A stretch of DNA of 64,000 nt, from positions 54,548 to 118,547 of the IMG/VR virus record IMGVR_UViG_3300046477_000062. One strand, 5' to 3'. Under the pieces are notes generated by a model. The model was given only the letters and a program-made list of their open reading frames with translations, did not search any database and was not told where the DNA came from. This document shows, in pieces, positions 46,120-54,194 of this stretch; the stretch's first letter is position 1, and the number at the start of each line of letters is the position of its first letter. The translations under genes were made by a program, and so were the position numbers. This stretch comes from a virus (taxonomy: Duplodnaviria; Heunggongvirae; Uroviricota; Caudoviricetes).

Positions 46120-46380
46120 ATGATCGAGAAAGATAAAGAACTTGTTTCAAAGGCAATCGCGGCGAAGCTGGCACAAGCTGATGTACTGTTGGCTGAATGT
46201 GTGATGCTGGCCGAAGAAAGCGGTGTATGTTTCGAACTTCCGTGGGGCGGCGAAGGCACACAGCAACGCGGCATGGGGGCGGGTTACGTCCCGACAACCG
46301 CAAGCGAACGCGACAAAGAGTGGAACATCACGAACTACGATGATTCGACTGGTTGGCAACCGTCTGCGGGAATCTGCTAA
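46120..46380 (+). CDS. paralog family member 6 (C-terminal GWQPSAGIC)
   Basis: Same family; KAIAAKLAQA ... GVCFEL. Confidence 0.45.
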   Translation: MIEKDKELVSKAIAAKLAQADVLLAECVMLAEESGVCFELPWGGEGTQQRGMGAGYVPTTASERDKEWNITNYDDSTGWQPSAGIC

Positions 46381-46386
46381 AAGTAG

Positions 46387-46415
46387 TTGACAATGGTGGG
46401 AATCTTGTTTAAGAT
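46387..46415 (+). promoter_or_regulatory. sigma70-like early promoter (TTGACA-N17-TAAGAT)
   Basis: Spacer has GGTGGGAATC (inverted family motif); ATTCCCA follows the -10. Confidence 0.55.
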
Positions 46416-46445
46416 TCCCATTATCGTTTCTACAGGAGGAAAGTT

Positions 46446-46574
46446 ATGGACCGCTTCTATGACTTCATGATCAGCAACACCGTGTGGAACCTTCCGATTT
46501 GGGCGACAGTCGCCCTGATGGTCGTCCTCGCGATCCTTCGCGCGTTCTGGGACGTCATTCACTGGTTCGCCTGA
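46446..46574 (+). CDS. small membrane protein
   Basis: SD AGGAGGAAAG; 42 aa hydrophobic. Confidence 0.3.
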   Translation: MDRFYDFMISNTVWNLPIWATVALMVVLAILRAFWDVIHWFA

Positions 46575-46576
46575 TC

Positions 46577-46780
46577 ATGCGAGTGACCCTCAACAAGATC
46601 AACGCGGCAATCAAGGCCGCTGGTGGCGATGAAGAACTGGTCCGTGGCAATGGCTACTTCTACTTCGTGGGAGACGAAACCCCGCTGTGGCCGCAAGCGA
46701 GCGTCTACACGATGTTCCTGAGTGACTTCACCGTGGAAGAATGGGTTGACATGTGGCGATCAATGAAGGAGAGAAAGTGA
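46577..46780 (+). CDS. hypothetical protein
   Basis: ORF. Confidence 0.35.
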   Translation: MRVTLNKINAAIKAAGGDEELVRGNGYFYFVGDETPLWPQASVYTMFLSDFTVEEWVDMWRSMKERK

Positions 46781-46953
46781 TGCAAGAAACAACTAAAGAC
46801 CCGGTTAAGACGTTCTACCTTCTTGGCTTCAACGATGTCATGTTTCGCGGGCGTAAGCGTAGGCGTCCGGTCGGTGTCATGTACAAGCTTGCCTACACCG
46901 ATGGTTGGTTTGACGCAAAGTTAGGACGTGGAAACCGCTACAAAGATAAATAA
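46780..46953 (+). CDS. hypothetical basic protein
   Basis: SD AAGGAGAG. Confidence 0.4.
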   Translation: MQETTKDPVKTFYLLGFNDVMFRGRKRRRPVGVMYKLAYTDGWFDAKLGRGNRYKDK

Positions 46954-46963
46954 TATGTGTGGC

Positions 46964-47011
46964 CCTTGGGCTACGAAGTCTAATAATTCTGTCAAAACAG
47001 TAGCCCAAAGG
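46964..47011 (+). other. inverted repeat CCTTGGGCTAC / GTAGCCCAAAGG around CTAATAATTCTGTCAAAACA
   Basis: An 11-bp imperfect inverted repeat with a CTAATAA box in the loop, upstream of the His-rich gene. Confidence 0.35.
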
Positions 47012-47016
47012 ACACC

Positions 47017-47895
47017 ATGAAGACCTTTCACCAACTGCGCCGTTATCTCAACGACCTTCCGCTGATCAGTGAAGAACTGCACCAGTCGATCACCAACGTT
47101 CTCGATTCGGAACACATCGCACCCGAACACAAGCTGAACCATATCTCCCATGCGATCCGTGGCGCGATTAAGCGGGGCGAGGATCATGGTCTGGAAGACG
47201 CGAAGCCCAAGAAGGGTTCCAGTCGTGCCGTGTTCTTCCCGAAAGACCCGCACAAGCTGAAGATCGATGGCGTCGATACGCATATGCCTACGGCCCTGAA
47301 GGTCGCGTTTCCCGGCCAACTGGACAAGTACAAGACGCACGACGAATCGCTGCTTGGGGAGGAACAGAACCGCGTAGAAGGCGATCACTGGACCAACCAA
47401 GAGTTCGGCGTTCTGCGCAAGGGTGACCGCCATGACGAGTACCATACAAACGAGCATGGCTTCCTTGCTCCGATGCTGCACGCCCACGATGAAGGTCATC
47501 ACATCCACTTCGGTAAGATCGAACCCATTAAGGCGGGTGACTTCCAGAAGCACACAGTTGCGCCCGGATTCCCGAAGGGTATCAGCCATCAGGAGATGTA
47601 CGACTACCTGAACCATCATCACGAAGAAGCCCACGGAAAGTCCTACACAGGCAAGACAAGCCCGGAACGGATCGAGCAACTTGACGATCATCCGATGCTC
47701 AACAACATGCATAGCTGGATGGGAAATACGGGCGCACATCCGGCTGATCTGAACAAGCGGAACATGGGTCTTTGGACGCATCCGGTGACGGGCAAGAAGC
47801 ATGTCGTGGTCAGTGACTACGGCTATACGGGCGATGTCGCCAAGCAGTACATGCAGCGCAGAATGAGACAAAGCAAAGCCCTGCGGGGTTGGTAA
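47017..47895 (+). CDS. histidine-rich hypothetical protein
   Basis: ORF; many HxH / HHH clusters. Confidence 0.45.
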   Translation: MKTFHQLRRYLNDLPLISEELHQSITNVLDSEHIAPEHKLNHISHAIRGAIKRGEDHGLEDAKPKKGSSRAVFFPKDPHKLKIDGVDTHMPTALKVAFPGQLDKYKTHDESLLGEEQNRVEGDHWTNQEFGVLRKGDRHDEYHTNEHGFLAPMLHAHDEGHHIHFGKIEPIKAGDFQKHTVAPGFPKGISHQEMYDYLNHHHEEAHGKSYTGKTSPERIEQLDDHPMLNNMHSWMGNTGAHPADLNKRNMGLWTHPVTGKKHVVVSDYGYTGDVAKQYMQRRMRQSKALRGW

Positions 47896-47902
47896 AGAGA
47901 AG

Positions 47903-47928
47903 GCCGGTCGAAAGATCGGCCTTTTTTG
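47903..47928 (+). terminator. rho-independent terminator
   Basis: GGCCGGTC-gaaa-GATCGGCC followed by TTTTTTG. Confidence 0.6.
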
Positions 47929-47938
47929 TTTCTGGGTA

Positions 47939-47967
47939 TTGACAATGAATTCCCAGACCTGTATATT
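47939..47967 (+). promoter_or_regulatory. sigma70-like early promoter (TTGACA-N17-TATATT)
   Basis: Spacer ATGAATTCCCAGACCTG. Confidence 0.55.
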
Positions 47968-48001
47968 TCTTCTCACTGACACACATCCGGGAGAGAACGA
48001 C

Positions 48002-48322
48002 ATGGCAAAGGCAATTTACGATCTGCGCGACGGCAAGAACCACGCTCAATACCTCGTCTTGAAGAAGGCATCGGGTCATTACCTGATCTTCGCGAACAAC
48101 GTAACCGATGCCGTTGGCGAAATCCGCAAGCGTGCGCACAACGACTGGTACGGTGAAGTCACCATCGATGACATGTTCTTCAACTGCTGCGATGACAGTC
48201 TCGCGGATGTCATGAGTGGTCTGGAAACGTGCATCGTGCGCAACGGCAAGCCGGGTTCGATCTACCAGAAGGATGCGGCAGCGTGGACACAAAACCTGTT
48301 GGATCGTCTCCGAAAGGGTTGA
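48002..48322 (+). CDS. hypothetical protein
   Basis: Leader CCGGGAGAG. Confidence 0.4.
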   Translation: MAKAIYDLRDGKNHAQYLVLKKASGHYLIFANNVTDAVGEIRKRAHNDWYGEVTIDDMFFNCCDDSLADVMSGLETCIVRNGKPGSIYQKDAAAWTQNLLDRLRKG

Positions 48323-48346
48323 CATTCATTCCCGAGTCTGTATAAT
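48319..48346 (+). promoter_or_regulatory. sigma70-like early promoter (TTGACA-N16-TATAAT)
   Basis: Spacer TTCATTCCCGAGTCTG; leader CATCGACAACGCACTTGGGAG. Confidence 0.6.
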
Positions 48347-48381
48347 TCATTCCATCGACAACGCACTTGGGAGAGCAGCAA

Positions 48382-48627
48382 ATGACCACGACGAAGATCG
48401 ACTACGCCGCGCAACTGGCCCTGTTCTTGCAGAAGGAAACCGGAACGGTGTTTGGACAATGGGAAGGCCGGATGACCGCCGCCGAACAGCGGGCGCTCTA
48501 TGGCCGCTTCATCGGCAAGGGCGTGATCGTCATCGACGGTACGACTGAGAAGGTGTATCAGCGCGTCAAGGTGTGCTTTGGGACCGATTGGGACGACCGT
48601 GGTCACGTCAACTGGAAAGACCTTTAA
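48382..48627 (+). CDS. hypothetical protein
   Basis: ORF. Confidence 0.4.
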   Translation: MTTTKIDYAAQLALFLQKETGTVFGQWEGRMTAAEQRALYGRFIGKGVIVIDGTTEKVYQRVKVCFGTDWDDRGHVNWKDL

Positions 48628-48631
48628 TCGG

Positions 48632-49009
48632 ATGTACGATCTGCTACAATCAGACGATAGAATTTACATACCTTATTACATCATGGAGTCGCATATGATC
48701 AAATCGCTTCTTTCGACGCAAGCCTACGACATCGCCCTTGAAGCTGGACAACCGTCGAACGTGATCAACATCTCGCGCGGTCGCGAACTCGTCACCGAAC
48801 GCCTGTTGCTGGAATCGGCCAAGATTTCGCTGTTTCTCGCGATGGCGAATCCTCCGCGTCACAACGAGACTGTCGCTCAACGCGTCGAACGTACAAAGTC
48901 GTTCATTCGCGAAGAATTCCTCGATTCTGGCTACGATGCCGCCGACACAGCACGTCTGTTGAAAGAAGCACATTCAGCCGCCTACTGCGAATTCGTCAAG
49001 GTGCAATGA
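48632..49009 (+). CDS. hypothetical protein (start uncertain; alternative start at 48683)
   Basis: ORF. Confidence 0.3.
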   Translation: MYDLLQSDDRIYIPYYIMESHMIKSLLSTQAYDIALEAGQPSNVINISRGRELVTERLLLESAKISLFLAMANPPRHNETVAQRVERTKSFIREEFLDSGYDAADTARLLKEAHSAAYCEFVKVQ

Positions 49010-49024
49010 TTTTCATGTTTGGGA

Positions 49025-49053
49025 TTGACATCAGGTTCCCAAACCTGTAGAAT
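49025..49053 (+). promoter_or_regulatory. sigma70-like early promoter (TTGACA-N17-TAGAAT)
   Basis: Spacer TCAGGTTCCCAAACCTG; leader TCTTTTCATCGACAACGAAACGGGAG. Confidence 0.65.
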
Positions 49054-49087
49054 TCTTTTCATCGACAACGAAACGGGAGATTCAAAC

Positions 49088-49597
49088 ATGAGCCACTTTC
49101 AACTGATCGACGTGACGACCGTCCGTAGCCGCGCAGAGAACGCACTTGTGCGCATCGAGAACCGCCTGAAAGCGGCCAAGACCGTTCTCGGCACGCTGTA
49201 CTTCAGCGAAGGCGCGACGATTAACGGCCATCTGATCAGCAAGCTGAAGCGTGCGTTGCCCGAGTATAAGTTCGACCTGAGTTCGAATCTGGGTTGGTAC
49301 GAACTCGAAATCGATGGCGCTGGCTTCGACACGATCCGTGTCAATCTCGGCTACAAGGGTCGCACTTCCGTCATCGACAACGAGATGATCAACGAAGGCT
49401 TCAAGCCGTACACGCTGGATGAAGAACGTCTGGTGACGTATCGCGAAGAAGTCAAGACGGCGGAACAACGTGCTGAACGCTTCAATGCGGCGCTGGTGGA
49501 ACTGAAGGCCGCACATGAAGGTCTAGGCGACCTGTCGTTCGCCTTCTCGAACAATCATCTTCCCTCGATCAAGGACGCAAATGGCCGCTGGATTTGA
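49088..49597 (+). CDS. hypothetical protein
   Basis: ORF. Confidence 0.4.
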   Translation: MSHFQLIDVTTVRSRAENALVRIENRLKAAKTVLGTLYFSEGATINGHLISKLKRALPEYKFDLSSNLGWYELEIDGAGFDTIRVNLGYKGRTSVIDNEMINEGFKPYTLDEERLVTYREEVKTAEQRAERFNAALVELKAAHEGLGDLSFAFSNNHLPSIKDANGRWI

Positions 49598-49775
49598 CGG
49601 TTGTCCCCATTGCCAAAACAAAATGGGGTTCGCGTTTGGGACGTGCATTGAATGCGGGTTCAATTACATCACCAAACAGTTCAACAAGATTGAAGTCTGG
49701 GTCGAAGACCTCCCTCCCAACATCCGCGATTACCTGATCAACTGGCACGCGGATCGAACCAGAAGGCCACGATAA
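49581..49775 (+). CDS. small zinc-finger protein (CPHC...CIEC)
   Basis: Four Cys in a CxxC ... CxxC arrangement. Confidence 0.35.
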   Translation: MAAGFDGCPHCQNKMGFAFGTCIECGFNYITKQFNKIEVWVEDLPPNIRDYLINWHADRTRRPR

Positions 49776-49987
49776 TGCTTGCACGAAACATCAGTTACTA
49801 CATCTACCGGAACGGCGTCTGGGTCGAATTGCACTCACATAACGTGGTGGAAGGTTCGGTGATCCCGCGCGAAGGTGAAATCATCACTGGTTTTGGCACC
49901 AGCGACGCCGAATATAAAGTGACCAAGGTCCGCTACGATGTCTTTCGTTCGGAAGTCGAAATAGAACTCGCATTCACCATCGCATGA
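49775..49987 (+). CDS. hypothetical protein
   Basis: ORF. Confidence 0.35.
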   Translation: MLARNISYYIYRNGVWVELHSHNVVEGSVIPREGEIITGFGTSDAEYKVTKVRYDVFRSEVEIELAFTIA

Positions 49988-50166
49988 AGAAGCCGTTCTG
50001 GGTTACTGACGGTCCTAGTGGACTGGCCCAATGGGTTGTCCGCGAAGCTGAACATCATCGGAAGTGGGGTCCGCTTGGATGGGCCTCACGATCCAATCTG
50101 ACCTTTTACGCAATGATCATCATTTCTGGTCATAACACAGTCTGGGACGGAGAAACACCATTTTGA
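49984..50166 (+). CDS. hypothetical protein
   Basis: ORF. Confidence 0.3.
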   Translation: MKKPFWVTDGPSGLAQWVVREAEHHRKWGPLGWASRSNLTFYAMIIISGHNTVWDGETPF

Positions 50167-50280
50167 GTCCAGACCGTCATCTGAAAGACGCGCTGATCTG
50201 TTTCCTGATGTTTGCAATCACCGTCTTGATCTTCATCGGCTGTATCCAACAAAAACACTAAGAAGAAGTAGAAAACAAGA

Positions 50281-50706
50281 ATGGCAGTAGAAAACTTTGA
50301 ATCACCGTATGCGATCATCATCGGTACGGACTCCTACACAGGCAACTTCGAACGCGAACTGTGTGCCTACATCACCGGTTCGGTTGGTGAATGTGGTGTT
50401 GGTGAATCGAAGGCCGAAGACTTCAGCGACGAGCACCCAGACAGCAATCTTCCCGACATGACTGATAATGTCCCGGATGATCGCGGATGTTATCGTCCGG
50501 TTTCGATTTACAACGATGGTGATAGCTACAATTCACTAATCATCTTCTTTCAGGACGCACCGAACCTCGAAGAAATCGACCTGATGGTCGCACGCACAAA
50601 GGAATTCTTCGCGACGTTCCAGAAGACGGTCACGTTGAAGTCGTTCCGCCTGATTTCGAACAAAGTCGTTCGCCAACAATCCACCCTCATTGATGTAACA
50701 ATCTGA
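50281..50706 (+). CDS. hypothetical protein
   Basis: ORF. Confidence 0.4.
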   Translation: MAVENFESPYAIIIGTDSYTGNFERELCAYITGSVGECGVGESKAEDFSDEHPDSNLPDMTDNVPDDRGCYRPVSIYNDGDSYNSLIIFFQDAPNLEEIDLMVARTKEFFATFQKTVTLKSFRLISNKVVRQQSTLIDVTI

Positions 50707-52091
50707 TGACCGTACTTGAAATCCTAAATCAAATCGCCGCTACGTCGAAGAAGACAGAGAAAGAAGCGATCCTGAAGCAACACGCGGAAAACGAAACTCT
50801 GAAGCGGGTCTTCTATCTCGCATATCAACCAACCATCAACTTCTATACGAAGCGCATCCCCGCCTATACGCCCAATACGGGCGAGAAGTCGATCTTTGAC
50901 GACGAAGATACCTTCACCCTCGATGCGGCGCTGGACGCCATTGAGACGGTTCTGGCGAAGCGTAAGGTGACTGGTAACGCAGCATCGACGTATCTGGCAA
51001 ATCTGTTGACGCAGCTTCACGCGGACGATGCCACGGTCCTCGAACGAGTGGTCCTGCGTGACCTTCGCATCGATGCGGGCGCAAACACGGCTAATAAGGT
51101 CTGGAAGGGGCTGATCCTCGATGTCCCCTACATGCGGTGCAGTCTCCCCAAGGAAGTCAAGCTTGCCACGTTTCCGTGGGTCACAGGGCTATATTCGCAA
51201 CTGAAGTCGGACGGCAGCTTCACGAACGTCAACGTGTTCGAAGATGGCACGGTTGAGTTCATGACGCGCAATGGCAACATCTACCCGGTCGAAGACTTCA
51301 CGCCCATCGCGAATATCTTCTCGACGGCCATCGGAACTCGCGGGTTCCAGTTCCACGGTGAATTGCTGGTCTACAAAGACGGCGAACTGATGGAACGCGC
51401 CGAAGGCAATGGCGTTCTGAACAAGATTCAACAGGGCAAGAACAAGCTTCCGGCTGGTCACGAAATCCGCTTCGTTGCATGGGACATGATCCCGATTGAA
51501 GCAGCGGTTCCGAAGGGCAAGTACGAAGTCCCGTACAAGATTCGTCTGGCACAGCTTGAAGCGCTGAACCTGTTCGGCCAAGTGACGGTCGTGGAAACGA
51601 AGCGGGTGCATTCGATCCGCGAAGCATACGAGCACTATCAAGAACAGTTGGCACTTGGTCTGGAAGGTACGATCCTAAAAGACCCAGAAGCGATCTGGGA
51701 AGACACGACATCAAAGAAGCAAGTCAAGTTCAAGCTGGAAGTGACCATCGAACTTGAATGTGTTGGCTTCAATCCGGGCAAGGGTAAGAACGCTTCGACT
51801 TTCGGTAGCGCCAAGCTTCGTAGTTCTGATGGTCTGCTGACGGTGAACTGTTCGGGCTTCAAAGATGCCGACCGCAAGTACATCAGCGAGAACCGTGACG
51901 ACTTTATCAGCACCATCTGGGCGGTCAAGTCGAACGCCATGACGAAGAAGCGTGCCGATGGAACCCGCAGTCTGTTCTTGCCGCAGTACGTCGAACAACG
52001 CAACGACAAGAGCGAAGCGGATTCACTTGAACGCATCGAACTCCAATTCGAATCGGCAGTGACCGACCTCGAAAAACTGATCGCAATGTAA
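50706..52091 (+). CDS. 30: ATP-dependent DNA ligase (T4 gp30 family)
   Basis: N-terminus alignable to T4 ligase (ILNQIAAT.SKKEKEAILKQH..NE.LKRVF); KSDG adenylation motif. Confidence 0.8.
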   Translation: MTVLEILNQIAATSKKTEKEAILKQHAENETLKRVFYLAYQPTINFYTKRIPAYTPNTGEKSIFDDEDTFTLDAALDAIETVLAKRKVTGNAASTYLANLLTQLHADDATVLERVVLRDLRIDAGANTANKVWKGLILDVPYMRCSLPKEVKLATFPWVTGLYSQLKSDGSFTNVNVFEDGTVEFMTRNGNIYPVEDFTPIANIFSTAIGTRGFQFHGELLVYKDGELMERAEGNGVLNKIQQGKNKLPAGHEIRFVAWDMIPIEAAVPKGKYEVPYKIRLAQLEALNLFGQVTVVETKRVHSIREAYEHYQEQLALGLEGTILKDPEAIWEDTTSKKQVKFKLEVTIELECVGFNPGKGKNASTFGSAKLRSSDGLLTVNCSGFKDADRKYISENRDDFISTIWAVKSNAMTKKRADGTRSLFLPQYVEQRNDKSEADSLERIELQFESAVTDLEKLIAM

Positions 52092-52101
52092 GGAACAAAA
52101 C

Positions 52102-52446
52102 ATGTACGGCCTGATTGAAGACGAAGAACAGAAAGCAGAGAAGTTCACCCTGAGAATCAAGTTCGAAGAACCGAAGTTGAGTGACTTCAACGTGATCGTC
52201 ACGCGTGATCGGAACCTCGACATCAACACGTACTACTTCATGCGAAAGTTCCGTACTCTCGATGTTCGGAACTACAACAACAGCGCGTTCGGCGGTCATA
52301 TCACTTCGCTGGAACTCGCAGAACAGTGCGATCACGTTGTCTCACACTTCAACGACAAGACGTTCAAGGTCTTGAAGTGTCGTGGGGGGGGGCGTAGCGG
52401 CGCGGTCGCCCTGCGACTGGTGGCCGACTATCTTGAATCGATCTGA
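52102..52446 (+). CDS. hypothetical protein (contains a G9 homopolymer tract)
   Basis: ORF. Confidence 0.4.
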   Translation: MYGLIEDEEQKAEKFTLRIKFEEPKLSDFNVIVTRDRNLDINTYYFMRKFRTLDVRNYNNSAFGGHITSLELAEQCDHVVSHFNDKTFKVLKCRGGGRSGAVALRLVADYLESI

Positions 52447-52463
52447 TTAAACGTTTGGAAGTG

Positions 52464-52470
52464 CTAAATA
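52464..52470 (+). promoter_or_regulatory. CTAAATA late-promoter box in the loop of a 9-bp hairpin
   Basis: GGAAGTGCT-AAATAGTTTTGAC-AGCACTTCC; 35 nt upstream of the ATG at 52505. Confidence 0.4.
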
Positions 52471-52504
52471 GTTTTGACAGCACTTCCAACCCACCAGATA
52501 CACA

Positions 52505-52774
52505 ATGCCTCTCTACGATTACAACTGCAAAGAATGTGGTCACACGTTCGAACGCACCCTCCGAATCTCGGACATGAAGAAGCCAGAAGGCGAACCGTGT
52601 CCGTCCTGCAACAAGCCCGACACGATCCAGAAAGTTCTCATGGGTGCGCCTCCCATTGGTGATCCCGTTCGTCTTGGTGTCCGAACCCTTCCCGGCGATT
52701 TCAAAGAAGTGCTGAGTCGTATTAGCGAGCGTAATTACAAGTCCAATCTCAAGGATAAGTTGAGTCGAAGCTAA
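52505..52774 (+). CDS. FmdB-family zinc-ribbon protein
   Basis: N-terminal MPLYDYNCKECGHTFE signature plus a second CPSC. Confidence 0.55.
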   Translation: MPLYDYNCKECGHTFERTLRISDMKKPEGEPCPSCNKPDTIQKVLMGAPPIGDPVRLGVRTLPGDFKEVLSRISERNYKSNLKDKLSRS

Positions 52775-52817
52775 ACAGTAGTACCGATCATCCTCTCATA
52801 GTAGGAGCAACACCAAC

Positions 52818-53612
52818 ATGGCACGAAATAAAAGGGCAAACAGTTCAACCAAGCCCGCCGTGAAATCCAACGCACAGGCACAAAGCGTTCAGCGTCAAGA
52901 TCAACGTCAACAAGTCGATCACGTCACGAATCGCCTGAAACTGCGTATTGATGATCTGAAAGTATTTGATCCGCTGACACAGAATCAGCGAGTGTTCTTC
53001 GAAGAATATGCCAATCAACAGAACATGGCGTTCGTTCTTCACGGTGCAGCGGGCAGCGGGAAAAGTTTCATTGCCCTGTACAAAGCACTCGAAACTGTGT
53101 TGGACCCGTCGCTTCCGTTTGATGGTGTTGTCATCGTGCGATCAGCGGTCCCCGGTCGTGACATCGGTCACTTGCCCGGTAGCGAAGAAGAAAAGTTGGC
53201 AGTCTACGAGCAACCCTACATCGGCATCTGCGCTGACCTGTTCGGACGCCATGATGCATACCAACGACTGAAAGAAGCTAGCAATATCGACTTCATTTCA
53301 TCGTCATTCATCCGTGGCACGACGCTGGACAACAAGATCGTGATCGTGGACGAAATGCAGAACTACAGTTGGGAAGAACTGTACACGATTGCAACTCGCG
53401 TAGGACACCGTACCAAGATCATCTTTGCTGGCGACCTGCGTCAGACTGACCTTCGCAAGCGTGGCGATCCTTCCGGTTTGGTGAAGTTCCTCGACATCAT
53501 GGCTACCATCCAGAATGTCGCAGAGATTGAATTTGGTGTCCCCGACATCGTGCGGTCAGCTTTCGTCAAGGCAGTCATCGTCGCAACCATGAATTACGAC
53601 GACGCACATTGA
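52818..53612 (+). CDS. phoH: PhoH-like ATPase
   Basis: Walker A GAAGSGKS; PhoH-family architecture. Confidence 0.75.
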   Translation: MARNKRANSSTKPAVKSNAQAQSVQRQDQRQQVDHVTNRLKLRIDDLKVFDPLTQNQRVFFEEYANQQNMAFVLHGAAGSGKSFIALYKALETVLDPSLPFDGVVIVRSAVPGRDIGHLPGSEEEKLAVYEQPYIGICADLFGRHDAYQRLKEASNIDFISSSFIRGTTLDNKIVIVDEMQNYSWEELYTIATRVGHRTKIIFAGDLRQTDLRKRGDPSGLVKFLDIMATIQNVAEIEFGVPDIVRSAFVKAVIVATMNYDDAH

Positions 53613-53634
53613 AGTTCTGAAGGGTTCTGATCGG

Positions 53635-53641
53635 CTAAATA
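53635..53641 (+). promoter_or_regulatory. CTAAATA late-promoter box within a CTAAATATTAGGT module and hairpin
   Basis: GGCTAAA/TTTAGCC and GGGTTC/GAACCC inverted repeats; 32 nt upstream of the endolysin ATG. Confidence 0.45.
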
Positions 53642-53673
53642 TTAGGTCAAGTTTAGCCCGAGAGGAACCCTTA

Positions 53674-54183
53674 ATGTCTTATACCCTGTCCGCAGCGGGC
53701 GCAAACCTTATCAAGCAGTTCGAAGGATGTAAACTCACTGCTTACTACGATTCGGTTCGTGTCCTTACTATTGGTTATGGAACGACCAACAGCGTCCTTC
53801 CTACAAGCCAACAGATCAAACCCGGTCAAACCATCACACAGGCACAGGCGGATGTATTTCTGGCCCTCGGCGTGAATAAGTTTGCACCCGGCGTCAACAA
53901 TCTGGTCAAAATCCCAATTTCGCAGAATGAGTTCGATTCGCTGGTTTGCTTCGCCTACAATGTTGGGACTGGCAACCTTGCTTCCTCAACTTTGCTGCGC
54001 AAACTGAATGCTGGCGACTTTGCTGGCGCACAGAAAGAATTCCTGAAGTGGAACAAAGCCGGTGGTCAAGTCCTACGTGGCCTGACCCGTCGCCGTCTCG
54101 CGGAAGCCGTCAACTTTGGTCCCCTGTCACGCCAAGAACTGATCGATCAGTGCCTTGGTGGTGTCGATCCCGATAAAGCATAA
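53674..54183 (+). CDS. e: endolysin, T4 lysozyme-like (GH24 muramidase)
   Basis: LIKQFEGCKLTAYYDSVRVLTIGYGTT catalytic N-terminal motif. Confidence 0.8.
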   Translation: MSYTLSAAGANLIKQFEGCKLTAYYDSVRVLTIGYGTTNSVLPTSQQIKPGQTITQAQADVFLALGVNKFAPGVNNLVKIPISQNEFDSLVCFAYNVGTGNLASSTLLRKLNAGDFAGAQKEFLKWNKAGGQVLRGLTRRRLAEAVNFGPLSRQELIDQCLGGVDPDKA

Positions 54184-54194
54184 GAGAACAACAA

